Shown here: positions 22,057-32,237 of the stretch, in pieces
How the letters are laid out: every line of letters begins with the position of its first letter
Position numbering within the stretch: position 1 is the first letter of the stretch
DNA from: an uncultured Gemmatimonadales bacterium
GTDB taxonomy: Bacteria > Gemmatimonadota > Gemmatimonadetes > Gemmatimonadales > Gemmatimonadaceae
Assembly: GCA_963793305.1 (NCBI GenBank)
Contig: CAWBZV010000005.1
Location: 1,504,001 to 1,568,000 of the forward strand
Length of the DNA: 64,000 nucleotides
Reading direction: 5' to 3'
The notes under the pieces: model-generated
What the model saw: only the letters and a program-made list of their open reading frames with translations
Database searches by the model: none
Told to the model about the DNA's origin: nothing
Program-made: the position numbers and the translations under genes

Positions 22057-22980
22057 ATGGTATTGTTCGCAATGATGCTGCAACTGCAGGCCCACTGGGA
22101 CGAGGGCGCGAAGGACTGCGCGTCACATCACGCCCCGCCGATCCAGGTGCAGGCCTACGACGCGCGCACGTTCGTCCTGCGCGAGAATCTGTGCGCGACG
22201 TTCGAAGCGCCCTTCATGTACGTGCTGATCGGGTCGACGCGCGCCCTGTTGATCGACGACGGCAACGTCGCCGACCCGCACGCGATGCCACTCGCCCAGA
22301 CGGTACTCGGCCTCCTCCCGCCGAACCTCCCGCTCCTGGTCGTGCACACGCATCGCCACTTGGACCACCGGGCGGGCGACCCTCAGTTCGCGGGGCTGCC
22401 ACGTGTCGAGGTCGTCGGCTACGACTTGGATAGCGTGAAGCACTTCTACGGCCTCGCCACGAGTTGGCCGACCGGTGTCGCCACGCTCGACTTGGGCGGC
22501 CGCATCGTCGACGTGCTGCCAACACCGGGCCACAATGCCACGCACGTCGCGTTCTACGACCGCAATACGGCCTTGTTGTTCACCGGCGATTTCCTCATGC
22601 CGGGCCGCCTGCTGATCGATGATGCCGACGCCGACCGCGCCAGCGCCCGCCGTATCGCGGCTTTCATCGCCAGCCGCCCGCTCACATACGCCCTTGGCGG
22701 CCATATCGAGCTCGACACCGCGGGTCACACGTTCGACTTCTACTCGCAGTACCGCCCGCACGAGCGAGCCTTGGAGATGACCAGGGCCGACGTGCTCGCG
22801 CTGCCGGCGGCCCTGGATCGCTTCAACGGCTTCTATACGGAGAGCGGGTCGTTCATCATGATGGACCAGATGCGCTTACTCATAGTGGAAGCAGTCGTTG
22901 CCGTGCTCGTCCTCGGCGCGCTCGTCGTGGCGATCGTGGCGTATGTCCGCTCGCGGCGTTACCGTAGTCGCCGTGCGTAG
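22057..22980 (+). CDS. MBL-fold metallo-hydrolase with C-terminal TM anchor
   Basis: EAPFMY, HTHRHLDH, TPGH, FTGD, GGHIE; hydrophobic C-terminal segment. Confidence 0.88.
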   Translation: MVLFAMMLQLQAHWDEGAKDCASHHAPPIQVQAYDARTFVLRENLCATFEAPFMYVLIGSTRALLIDDGNVADPHAMPLAQTVLGLLPPNLPLLVVHTHRHLDHRAGDPQFAGLPRVEVVGYDLDSVKHFYGLATSWPTGVATLDLGGRIVDVLPTPGHNATHVAFYDRNTALLFTGDFLMPGRLLIDDADADRASARRIAAFIASRPLTYALGGHIELDTAGHTFDFYSQYRPHERALEMTRADVLALPAALDRFNGFYTESGSFIMMDQMRLLIVEAVVAVLVLGALVVAIVAYVRSRRYRSRRA

Positions 22981-23437
22981 CCATGGTCGGCCTTGGGCCC
23001 TTCTGCTCGCCCTCCTGGCTTGTTCGTCAGCAACCGGTCCACGCCCAGGGTTCCCGGGTCCGGACGGGACGTTTCTGACAACGGTCGTGAATGAGACCAT
23101 GATACGGGTTGGCGGCACGACGAGAGTTAACCTCGTCATCTTGAACACGACCTCGCAACGCTCACCATTGTTTACGTTTTTTGACCCCTTTCCAACGTTG
23201 ACGATACGGGATGCCAGCGGCGACACCGTCTCCGTCGCGTATACCACCAGCGGGCTCGTCGTGAATGAGTTTACCGTTGATGCGCACCGGAGCTTCACGG
23301 TGTCGACTATCCTCGGCGCTGGCAACGCGGTGATGGGTGCGACGGCCCTCGCCAATCTGACACCGGGCGTCTATTCGGTCGCCGCGTGCATGGGATCCAG
23401 TTGCGGCCAGCCGGTGTCGATCACGATCACTCAGTGA
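22973..23437 (+). CDS. hypothetical lipoprotein
   Basis: GTG start overlapping the previous gene end; ALLLALLAC lipobox; beta-rich. Confidence 0.6.
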   Translation: MRSHGRPWALLLALLACSSATGPRPGFPGPDGTFLTTVVNETMIRVGGTTRVNLVILNTTSQRSPLFTFFDPFPTLTIRDASGDTVSVAYTTSGLVVNEFTVDAHRSFTVSTILGAGNAVMGATALANLTPGVYSVAACMGSSCGQPVSITITQ

Positions 23438-24141
23438 TGCAGCAACTTTCGAAGGCGCTGCTGTCCCCCGTCTCCCGCGGGTAACACGATCCGGACCGCG
23501 GGGAGCGACGTGTTGGCGAACACGAACGCGTTGGCGGGCGCCGGGCCGTCGGCGCTGACTTGGAACTGGAAGGACCCGGTGAGCGTCCCGCTCGTGCACG
23601 TCGTGCCGTCGATGAGATACGACCCCGTAATGATCGACGTCAATGCGCGGCAGGCGCCGCTCTTCGTGAACGTCCCCACCGAGACGGCCGGCGAGGTGCT
23701 GGTCTGCACGTAGTTGGCGTTCGACACCGTGTCCTCGGTGTCGGCGAGCTCATCGACCGTGTCCGGCTGGAAGGCCTCCAACGATACTAGCGAGCCGGCG
23801 TCCGGATTCGTCCACAGACTGTACACGAACAACGAGTCGGTCGGCACCGGGTTCGGTCCTCCGGTGACCTCGACGATCTCGAGTCCGACACCCTGGTAGG
23901 TCTGGGTCGCTCCGTTGACCGACAGAGACACCGGCGCCGAGGAGATGCCCTCGCCGAGGACGGCGATCGCGAACGTCATGTAGAAATCGCGTCCGAGATC
24001 CTGTGACTGCGCGGCCGAGACCGCTATTGAGTCCAGGTGGCGAGCCACCGAGAAGCTCGGGGGTGGCGGAGAGGTGGAGTGACCGCAGGCCGCGAGCGCG
24101 GCGGCGGCGAAGGGAACCCAGGCGGCACGAAGAGGGCGCAC
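23431..24141 (-). CDS. hypothetical lipoprotein
   Basis: GTG 24141; AAAALAAC lipobox, Pro linker. Confidence 0.65.
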   Translation of the reverse strand: MRPLRAAWVPFAAAALAACGHSTSPPPPSFSVARHLDSIAVSAAQSQDLGRDFYMTFAIAVLGEGISSAPVSLSVNGATQTYQGVGLEIVEVTGGPNPVPTDSLFVYSLWTNPDAGSLVSLEAFQPDTVDELADTEDTVSNANYVQTSTSPAVSVGTFTKSGACRALTSIITGSYLIDGTTCTSGTLTGSFQFQVSADGPAPANAFVFANTSLPAVRIVLPAGDGGQQRLRKLLHH

Positions 24142-24217
24142 GCGCAACAATGTAGCGCGGGGACGCCGGAGCGCGAGGGAGTTGACGCCATCCGTGCACG
24201 GGCGCATGTTCGCCACA

Positions 24218-25657
24218 ATGTCTCGGTCTGCTGGTCTTCGCCTGGCTTGCCTGGCGCTCGGGTTTGTCGCCGCCTGCACAGAGGCGACGGTGACGGGTAC
24301 GTCCCACGTGCGGTCGACGACCCCGCTCCCGGCCGCCGCACGGTACATCGTCGAGCTCGGAGGCCCGGGGACGCCGTCCCCGGCGCTCACCGCGGCCATC
24401 CACAAGGCGGGCGGGCAGATCCTGCGCGTCCAGACCAGTTTCGGTCTCGCGCTCGTGAAGGGCTTGTCGCCCGCGGCGGCGAGCGCGCTCGTGTCGAGCG
24501 GCGGCGCACGCGCCGTGGTCCCCGATTTCGTCTTCAAGCTGCGGCCCGCATCCACGCCGCGGATCGTCAAGTTCGCCGCGGGCCGAAGCGTCCACGCGGC
24601 GGCCGGCCCGGGTTCGGCCGCGGCGGTCTCGCTGCAGTGGAACATGCACGTGTCCCACGCGGACAGCGCGTGGGCCCACACGTCGCAAGGCGCGGGGATG
24701 CACGTCTATATCCTCGACTCGGGCGTCGACACCGCGCACCAGGAGTTGGCCGGTCGGATCGACCTCACCAACAGCACATCGTTCGCCTACGCGCCGACCG
24801 ACACGCTCGAGCAGAACGCGTTGCCGTACTATCACGATGTGGTCGGCCACGGCACGATCGTGAGCTCGATCGTGACGTCGAACTCGGTCGTCATCGCGGG
24901 CACCGCACCGCAAGCGACCGTCACGATGGTGCGCGTGCTCGACGACAGCGGCAGCGGCTCGTTCTTCGGCTTGCTCAACGCGCTCATCTACGCCTCGGAC
25001 TTGAACGCCGATGTGATCAACATGAGCCTCGGCGGCTACTTGAATCGCCTGATCAGCGGGGACATGGACTTGGCAACGTTGCTGGAGTTGGTGGTGCAGT
25101 ACTGCGTGACGCGCGGGTCGGTCGTTGTCGCCGCAGCGGGCAACGAAGCCCTCAACTTCAATACGGCGATGACGCCCACCGCGAGTTATGTCGACAGCCT
25201 GGAGTGGCCGGGCGACACGCCGCACGTCCTCTCGGTGGGCGCGACCGGCCCGATCTACACGGGGACATTCCAGGATTACGACAGCATCGCCGTGTACTCG
25301 AACTACGGTTCGGCGGGCGTCGGCGTGTTCGCTCCCGGCGGCAATGAAGGTCCGGATACCGTACCGCAAGCCTCGCTGGACTCGATTTGGATCATCGGCG
25401 CGTGCAGCTCGGCGACCCCGCTCTGTCCCGGGCAAGAGAACCAATATCTCATTGGCATCGGCACCAGCTTCGCCTCGCCGCTCGTTGCCGGCGAAGCGGC
25501 GGTCATCAAGGCACAGTCCACCACGCTCACGCCGTCGGCGGTCGAGCAGTGCATCCTCAAGAACGCCGACAACATCACCGGCAAGCGCCCTGACCCCGCC
25601 TATAACTTCGGCCGGGTGAACGTCCTCAAATCTGCTACAGCATCGGGGTGTCACTAG
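24218..25657 (+). CDS. subtilisin-like S8 serine peptidase (lipoprotein)
   Basis: ILDSG, GHGT, INMSLG, AAAGN, GTSFASPLVAG; lipobox VAAC; start may be 24206. Confidence 0.93.
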   Translation: MSRSAGLRLACLALGFVAACTEATVTGTSHVRSTTPLPAAARYIVELGGPGTPSPALTAAIHKAGGQILRVQTSFGLALVKGLSPAAASALVSSGGARAVVPDFVFKLRPASTPRIVKFAAGRSVHAAAGPGSAAAVSLQWNMHVSHADSAWAHTSQGAGMHVYILDSGVDTAHQELAGRIDLTNSTSFAYAPTDTLEQNALPYYHDVVGHGTIVSSIVTSNSVVIAGTAPQATVTMVRVLDDSGSGSFFGLLNALIYASDLNADVINMSLGGYLNRLISGDMDLATLLELVVQYCVTRGSVVVAAAGNEALNFNTAMTPTASYVDSLEWPGDTPHVLSVGATGPIYTGTFQDYDSIAVYSNYGSAGVGVFAPGGNEGPDTVPQASLDSIWIIGACSSATPLCPGQENQYLIGIGTSFASPLVAGEAAVIKAQSTTLTPSAVEQCILKNADNITGKRPDPAYNFGRVNVLKSATASGCH

Positions 25658-25682
25658 CTTTTCGAGCTCGGCTCGATCACGT

Positions 25683-25734
25683 CCGGCGGCGTGACGCACG
25701 TCGTGATCTGGAACGTGGGCCCGCGAACCTAGTT
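25683..25734 (+). repeat. 52-bp direct repeat, copy 1
   Basis: ccggcggcgtgacgcacgtcgtgatctggaacgtgggcccgcgaacctagtt; 3 mismatches to 28848-28899. Confidence 0.9.
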
Positions 25735-27608
25735 GGCGCCGGTCAGGCGCTGGAATCGTGGATTCTCCCGCAGGCGCGCAAACGACGGATCCGCGCGAAG
25801 CGAACCGGGGGACGAGACGTCCTCCGGGATCGCCAGGAGCGATTGGATCAGATCGAGCGCTTCGTTGTCGCGTCCGAGCGTCCCGTAGACTTGCGCGAGC
25901 GCGAGCACGGCGCTCGGTCCGCCCCATGCGTCCCGTTCGACTGGCAGCAGTTCCACGCCTCGCCGGCCCTCGCTGACCGCCGCGGAATCGCGGCCGAGCG
26001 CGGCGAGCGCCAGCGCATGCGTTTGATGCAGCGTGCTGTTCGTGGGGCTCGTCGTGAGACTCGCCTCGACCGCGATGCGGGCGGTGTCGGCATAGGCACG
26101 AGCCCTCACCCGATCACCGCGCAACGCGTAGACGCCCGCGCGCGACAGTTCCCCTATGCCGGGACTATCGAAGGCATCGAATCGCAAGCGCAGCAGATAA
26201 CTCTGCTGGGCGCTATCGAGCAGCCACCACCCGTGCTCATAGGCGACGGTCGCGACGAGCGTCGCCGAATCGACTGTCCCCAGCGCGCCGTCGCGGGCGC
26301 GAGCGTGATCTTGAGCTGGTCGGCAACCTGACCCGCGATGTCCGATTGCACGGTGAAGACATCCGTCATCGGCACATCGAACGTCCGCTCCCAGACATCG
26401 GTGCCTGTCTCGACGTTCACGAGCGCCGGCACGACCTGGATACGCCCTGGTGTGCTGCGCACCTTGCCGAACAGGAGATACCGAACGCCGAGCTCACGCC
26501 CGATCTGAGCCGGCGGCTTCGTTGTCCGACGGTATTGCCCGGAGCTCTGCGGCGCGACCACCGACGGCCCCTGCAAGGCGGTGAGCTTTCCGCGTACGGC
26601 GTCCGTCATGCCGTCGGCGAAATATCCCTGATTCGAGTCACCGATGTTCTCGAATGGCAGCACGGCCAGGCGAACCGCGCCCTCGCCCGCTGACCCTGGT
26701 CGCCACGCGCGCCAGCTGAAGAAGACGACGGCCAGAATCAGCGCCACGCCGACTGCGGCGGCGAGCGCCAGCGGTCGGCGGCGCCGTGGCGGAGGAGACG
26801 CCACAAGCGCGGCCGCGAACGCCTCGACGGACGGATGGCGGTTCTCCGGGTTCGACTCCAGCGCCGTGCGGACGGCGATCTCTATCGGAGGTGGTACGTC
26901 CTTTCTCCGGACGTGCACGAGTGGCGCCGAGTCCGCCCACTCCCGCTGCAGCGCGGCGGCGAGGCCGCTCGAGCCGGGGAACGGCGGCTCGCCCACCAGC
27001 ATCTCGTAACAGACCGCGCCAAGCCCATACACGTCCGCGCGCGTATCGACTTGGAGTCCCGCCGCTTGCTCGGGACTCATGTACGCCGGCGTGCCGACGG
27101 CGTATCCCTTCTCGGTCAGATGCGATCGTGGCGTCAGGTCGATCGGCCGCGCGATGCCGAAATCGGCGAGGAGGGCATGCCCTTGCGAGAGGAGGATGTT
27201 CTCCGGCTTGACGTCCCGGTGCAGCACGCCTTGTTGATGGGCATAGGCCAGTGCGTCCGCGATCTGTCGCGTGAGACGGACCGCATCGTCCACCGACAGT
27301 TGGCGCTCGCGCTGCAATCGATGGCGGAGGCTCTCGCCCTCGATGTACGGCATCGTGAACCACAGCTGCCCGGTGCGCGTTTCGCCGGAGTCGAGGACCG
27401 CGACGATCCCGGGGTGTTGGAGCCGCGCGACGATCGTGATTTCACGGCGAAAGCGATCGGAGCCGATACTCGCGGCGAATTCGCCACGCAGCACCTTGAG
27501 TGCGACCGGACGCCCGTGTTTCTCGTCCACGGCCAGGTATACCGTGGCCATCCCGCCGCGTCCCAACTCGTGGGTTATCCGGTATCCAGGTATCGCGTCG
27601 GCCTGCAC
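25729..27608 (-). pseudogene. Hanks-type Ser/Thr kinase with TolB-like and TPR C-terminus, broken near 26285
   Basis: LGRGGMATVY, VALK, HRDVKPEN, DFG, GTPAYMSPEQ, TM, LAVLPFEN..YFADGMTD; C-terminal piece (..LRADPSFARLRENPRFQRL) is in another frame. Confidence 0.8.
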
Positions 27609-27653
27609 ATCGGAGGAAAATACCAGGTGACTGCCGGCGCCCCACACCACTGT

Positions 27654-27750
27654 TGAGGAGAATCCAGACACTTTCTCGTCAATGCGTGAGGAGAAACGCT
27701 TGCGGCATGAGGGGAATCGCCGCATATTCTCCTCAATACATGACGAGAAT
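27654..27750. promoter_or_regulatory. array of six TGASGRGAAW sites upstream of fic
   Basis: Sites at 27654(+), 27672(-), 27687(+), 27708(+), 27726(-), 27741(+). Confidence 0.75.
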
Positions 27751-28859
27751 AGCGTATATTTGGCAGAGGCCGGACTGGCCCAACTTCCGCTGGGATGCCG
27801 CCCAGCTCATTGAACCCCTTTCGACAGCCCGTCTCAAACAGGGTCGGTTCTTGGGTGCGATGGCCAGGCTGGGCTTTGACCTGAAGCGCGAAGCCCAGTT
27901 AGCCGCGTTGACCGAGGATGTGATAAAGAGCTCGGCGATCGAAGGTGAGATGCTGGACCGAGCGAGCGTACGATCGTCGCTGGCCCGTCATTCTCGGTCT
28001 GCCCCAAGCGGCAATTAGCCCGGTCGACCGGCGCACGGAAAGCGTAGTCGAAATGATGCTGGACGCCACCGAGCACTACGACCAGCCGCTCACGCCCGAG
28101 CGACTGTTCGCCTGGCAGGCCGCGCTATTCCCGACAGGGTACTCCGGCTCGCACAGGGTGAAGACCGGCGCGTGGCGCGACGACGCCGACGGCCCCATGC
28201 AAGTCGTCTCCGGCTCCGTCGCTCGTCCGCGCGTGCACTATGAGGCTCCACCTGCGACACGGGTGGAAGCCGAGATGCAGCGGTTCCTCGATTGGTTCAA
28301 CGGCCGGCCGAGCGAGGGCCTGTTGCGCGCCGGGCTCGCCCACTTCTGGTTCGTCACGATTCATCCATTCGACGACGGCAACGGCCGCATTGCGCGTGCG
28401 ATCGCCGACCTAGCACTCGCGCAATCGGAACAGTCGGGCCAGCGCTTCTACAGTCTGTCCAGCCAGATCCAGAAGGAGCGAGCCGCGTACTATGACCATC
28501 TCGAGTCGGCCCAAAGGGCTGATGTCGACATCACGAATTGGATGTTGTGGTTCCTCGACTGCTTCTCGCGCGCTATCGACGGCGCCGAGGCGACCAGCGC
28601 GCATGTCTTGCGCAAGGCCGACTTCTGGCAGCGCCATGCCGGCGAGGGGTTCAACAATCGCCAGAAGGCTGTGCTGAACCGTTATCTCGATGGTTTGGAG
28701 GGGAAGCTCACCGCCAAGAAGTGGGCGGTGCTCGCCAAGGTCTCGGTGCCGACGGCGCAGCGCGACATGAATGATCTGATGGAGCGCGGGATTCTTCGCC
28801 GCAATCCCGGAGGCAGTAAGAACACGAGTTACGATTTGGCAGATGGCCCGGCGGCGTGA
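27740..28859 (+). CDS. Fic-family protein with DUF4172-like N-terminus and C-terminal HTH (+1 frameshift near 27991)
   Basis: YIWQRPDWPNFRW, SSAIEGE, HPFDDGNGRIAR, TAQRDMNDL. Confidence 0.92.
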
Positions 28860-28899
28860 CGCACGTCGTGATCTGGAACGTCGGCCCGAGGACCTAGTT
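28848..28899 (+). repeat. 52-bp direct repeat, copy 2 (includes the fic stop codon)
   Basis: ccggcggcgtgacgcacgtcgtgatctggaacgtcggcccgaggacctagtt. Confidence 0.9.
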
Positions 28900-29164
28900 A
28901 CATTTGTGGCTTGAACGACCGCACGAACAACCAGACGCCCAAGCAGAGGCCCGCCAGCATCAGCAGCGTATAGATGCCCAGGCGGGCCCACCGGTGTCGC
29001 ACGCTCAGGACCGACAACAGACCGCGACCCACCAGCAGCGGAACACCGAAGACGGCTAGCAGAAAGAGACCCCAAAATCCCACTGGCGACGCGCTCACGA
29101 GGCCCCAGGCCACCACGGCCACGGCGATCCCCGCGACGACCCAAGACAAGCGTATACGATGCAC
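28898..29164 (-). CDS. small 3-TM membrane protein
   Basis: 88 aa, three hydrophobic segments. Confidence 0.6.
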   Translation of the reverse strand: MHRIRLSWVVAGIAVAVVAWGLVSASPVGFWGLFLLAVFGVPLLVGRGLLSVLSVRHRWARLGIYTLLMLAGLCLGVWLFVRSFKPQM

Positions 29165-29237
29165 GGGGTGAGGTTACTGCATTACCCTTCGGGCTGCAAT
29201 TTTCTGCGACCCTCCTCGCCTCTCGCCTCGACAACAC

Positions 29238-30344
29238 ATGCGACGATTTCCCGGGGGCGTCACGCTCGCCAGCGTGGCCACCCTGCTCGTCATCGGCCCA
29301 CGGGCAGTAGCGGGACAGACCATCCCTCTCAAACCCGGCGTCCTGCTCACCTACGCCACCCAGCCGATCGATTCCACGTCGCGCTACGATTTCGAGCGCG
29401 ACATCTTAGTTCTGAGCCTTACGCCCGACGAGCTGCACCTGAGCGACGACGCGACCAATGTGCTCAAGCCGTCGAACAAGATCGGCAAGATCCACGTCGA
29501 TCGCACCGTCTCACACCGCGAGGCGACGCTGGCCCGCGAGATTTGGCTGGGGAACCAGAGCCCGGACGTCGATCAGCACCGCGGGTCGTCGTGGATGGCC
29601 GCGTCGAGCGCCGTCATGAAGCAACTCCGCGCCAACGGCGAAGCCGAGGTCACGATCGGCATGACCGGGATCGAGGGCGCGGCGACACTGCACCGCGTCG
29701 ACCCCAAGCCGGAGCCGATCACCGTGCTGGTCAACGACCACCCGCAGGTGCTCTCGACGATGCACACGCACATCGAGATCACACCGTCGGCCATCCTGCA
29801 GCTCGGGTCGGGCATGGTCGTGCGATTCGACATCTGGTTCGTCGACGACACCTCGACCGCGTGGGTCGCACGCATCACCGGCACGCGGACGTTCCACGAC
29901 ACGACGCGCGCGGGGGACCGCCTCGGGGCACAGGAGCTGCTCCGCGTCCAATGGTCGGATAGCGCCACGACGGCCACGATGGCGCAGACGCTCACCAAGA
30001 CCTGCCGTGTGCCGATCTATGGCATTCATTTCGCCACGGCGAGCGCGGAACTGACGCCGTCATCGGCGCCGACGCTCAAGACGATCGCCGATCTGTTGGC
30101 CAAGCAGCCGACCTGGCAGGTGACGATCGAGGGCCATACCGACAGCCTGGGCGGCGCGGCCTACAACAAAGACCTCTCCGAGCGCCGGTCGGCAGCGGTC
30201 AAGACGGCGCTGGTGACGACCTACGGCGTGGCGGCCGGCCGCCTGATGACTGCCGGCTACGGCCTCTCCCATCCGATCGAGACCAATACCACGTTGGGCG
30301 GTCGCGCCCGGAATCGTCGCGTCGAGCTGGCGCGCAAGTGTTGA
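29238..30344 (+). CDS. OmpA-family (OmpA_C peptidoglycan-binding) exported protein
   Basis: YGIHFAT, IEGHTD, NKDLSERRS, GRARNRRVEL; signal peptide. Confidence 0.9.
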   Translation: MRRFPGGVTLASVATLLVIGPRAVAGQTIPLKPGVLLTYATQPIDSTSRYDFERDILVLSLTPDELHLSDDATNVLKPSNKIGKIHVDRTVSHREATLAREIWLGNQSPDVDQHRGSSWMAASSAVMKQLRANGEAEVTIGMTGIEGAATLHRVDPKPEPITVLVNDHPQVLSTMHTHIEITPSAILQLGSGMVVRFDIWFVDDTSTAWVARITGTRTFHDTTRAGDRLGAQELLRVQWSDSATTATMAQTLTKTCRVPIYGIHFATASAELTPSSAPTLKTIADLLAKQPTWQVTIEGHTDSLGGAAYNKDLSERRSAAVKTALVTTYGVAAGRLMTAGYGLSHPIETNTTLGGRARNRRVELARKC

Positions 30345-30364
30345 CCACTTTTCATCCAACTCCC

Positions 30365-31429
30365 ATGGTTCGATACTCGCTGTTCGCGATCGTCCTCGTC
30401 GTTGGCTGCCGGTCCCACAGCGACGCCGCGGCCTCCGCCGACACCACTGGCACCGTGGCGACGACCGCCGCGCCGGCGATCCCTCCGGACGACATCTGGC
30501 ACAAGGATCCGTGCCGCTACGTCAGTCAGGCCGAGGCGGAGACGTACATCGGGCCGCTGCTCCACACGCCGTACCGGGCCGCCACGGATCACATCAGCGC
30601 GGACAGCAACGGCCATGTTTGCCTCTATCGGGCGAAGGACGGCCACAGCATCGAAGTGAGCGCCGACTGGATGGATGGCAAGACCACGATGAAGCAGTAC
30701 ACGCAGGGGTTCCTGTCCAAGTTCTTCGTCGACGACAAGGGAAAGACCGACACGTTGAGCGACGCCTGGGATCAGGCCGCGATCCGCGACGGTACCCTGT
30801 TCGCGCTCAAGGGCGATACGCTGCTCCACATCGACTATGCCGCGTCGACCGCTGGCCTCATGGGCGCCGCCAAGCTCGCCGAGGACGCGATCGGACGAAT
30901 GGGCAAGCCGCTGGCGTACAATGGCGTCGCCGACGCGCGCGGCGTGCCAGGACCGCTCGTTGCGCCGCGCGATCCGTGTAGCGTGCTGACCCGCGCCCAG
31001 GTCGAACAGGTCATGGGACCGCTCACCGCCGCCCCGCGCTCGGATGCCGGGAGCTGCACGTTCCCGTCGACGAGCGGGGATCTCGTGCTGCAGGTGGCCT
31101 GGATCAACGGCTTCCGGGCGCTGTTCAGCGCGCGCGCCGCGGCCACCAACGCGGCTGCGATGAACAACCAGCAGTTCGGCCTCAACATGGACAAGGCGTT
31201 CGCCGCCATGAACCAGTCCAAGCAACTGCGCAAGATAGTCGGGAAGGATGCGACGCTTCCCACGGGACGGGACGCGACGATCCCCGGTCCGTGGGCCGAC
31301 TCGCGCTTGGGCGGCGTGGAGCAAACCACGGAGGTCGTGAAGAAGGACGTCTACATGGAGTTGCCGTTGATTCGGAAACCCGGTGCGGCCGTCGCGCTGC
31401 TCACGGCCGCCATGAACACCATCCAGTAG
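30365..31429 (+). CDS. lipoprotein with a duplicated DPC..GPL domain (DUF3558-like)
   Basis: Lipobox VVGC; KDPCRYVSQAEAETYIGPL and RDPCSVLTRAQVEQVMGPL. Confidence 0.7.
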   Translation: MVRYSLFAIVLVVGCRSHSDAAASADTTGTVATTAAPAIPPDDIWHKDPCRYVSQAEAETYIGPLLHTPYRAATDHISADSNGHVCLYRAKDGHSIEVSADWMDGKTTMKQYTQGFLSKFFVDDKGKTDTLSDAWDQAAIRDGTLFALKGDTLLHIDYAASTAGLMGAAKLAEDAIGRMGKPLAYNGVADARGVPGPLVAPRDPCSVLTRAQVEQVMGPLTAAPRSDAGSCTFPSTSGDLVLQVAWINGFRALFSARAAATNAAAMNNQQFGLNMDKAFAAMNQSKQLRKIVGKDATLPTGRDATIPGPWADSRLGGVEQTTEVVKKDVYMELPLIRKPGAAVALLTAAMNTIQ

Positions 31430-31445
31430 CCCCAGGAGACCGACG

Positions 31446-32237
31446 ATGATGCACCACCTGCGCTTGGCGGCGTTCGCCACGCCCGCTCTCGTTGCGCTGG
31501 CCGTATCCCACCTGCAGAGCGGGAAGGGCCTGACGATGACGGTCACGGTGACGTCAACGTCGACCGACGATCCCAAGCCGTCCGTGTTCATGTCGAGCAA
31601 GATGCAGATGAGTAGCAGCGGCCTGGCGCGATCCGATGTCCTGCCCACCGGCGCGGCATCGCCGCCCAAGGACCCGACCGGTGACAAGCCGCCGCTCATG
31701 GTTCCCGGCACGTTTTCGCTGGGCAAGAAAGGCAACGACACCACCTTCCTGTTCGATCCCAACCGCAAGAAGTACTGGGTGATCCTCCGACCCAAAGGGG
31801 TCACACACGGGATGACGTACACGTCGTTCGACGTCTCCGCCCAACGCGTGCAGCCGGACAGCACCATCGAAGGGATACCGGTGCAACATTGGCGGGTCAC
31901 GGACAGCTCAACGTCGAAGTACGTCAACTCCAAGAGCACGTACGATGTATACACCGCGCCGGCATTCGACGTCGGGCTGGCCAAGCAGTTCAACCCGGGC
32001 GCTATCGCCATGATGGGCGACCCGGCCTATGACGCCAAGCGCAACGCGGCCTGGGCGCAAGCGTTTCAAGGGTTGCCGCTGCTCATGCGGACCCAGACGC
32101 AGATGCTCGTCTACCAGGGGAAGGCGCAGTCGTTCTCGATGGTCATGCGCGCCACGAACATCTCGCGCGGCGACCCGCCGGCCAGCGTGTTCGCCTTTCC
32201 GAGCGGGTACACGTTGGTTCAGTCGACGACCCGGTGA
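31446..32237 (+). CDS. exported protein, DUF4412/GLPGLI-like
   Basis: AGGAG RBS; signal peptide; TIEGIPVQHW, GLPL, C-terminal PASVFAFPSGY. Confidence 0.65.
   Translation: MMHHLRLAAFATPALVALAVSHLQSGKGLTMTVTVTSTSTDDPKPSVFMSSKMQMSSSGLARSDVLPTGAASPPKDPTGDKPPLMVPGTFSLGKKGNDTTFLFDPNRKKYWVILRPKGVTHGMTYTSFDVSAQRVQPDSTIEGIPVQHWRVTDSSTSKYVNSKSTYDVYTAPAFDVGLAKQFNPGAIAMMGDPAYDAKRNAAWAQAFQGLPLLMRTQTQMLVYQGKAQSFSMVMRATNISRGDPPASVFAFPSGYTLVQSTTR

Noticed and set aside
25683..28899. Integron attC sites or IS ends
   Set aside because: No RYYYAAC...GTTRRRY pairing, repeats are direct rather than inverted, and there is no integrase or transposase
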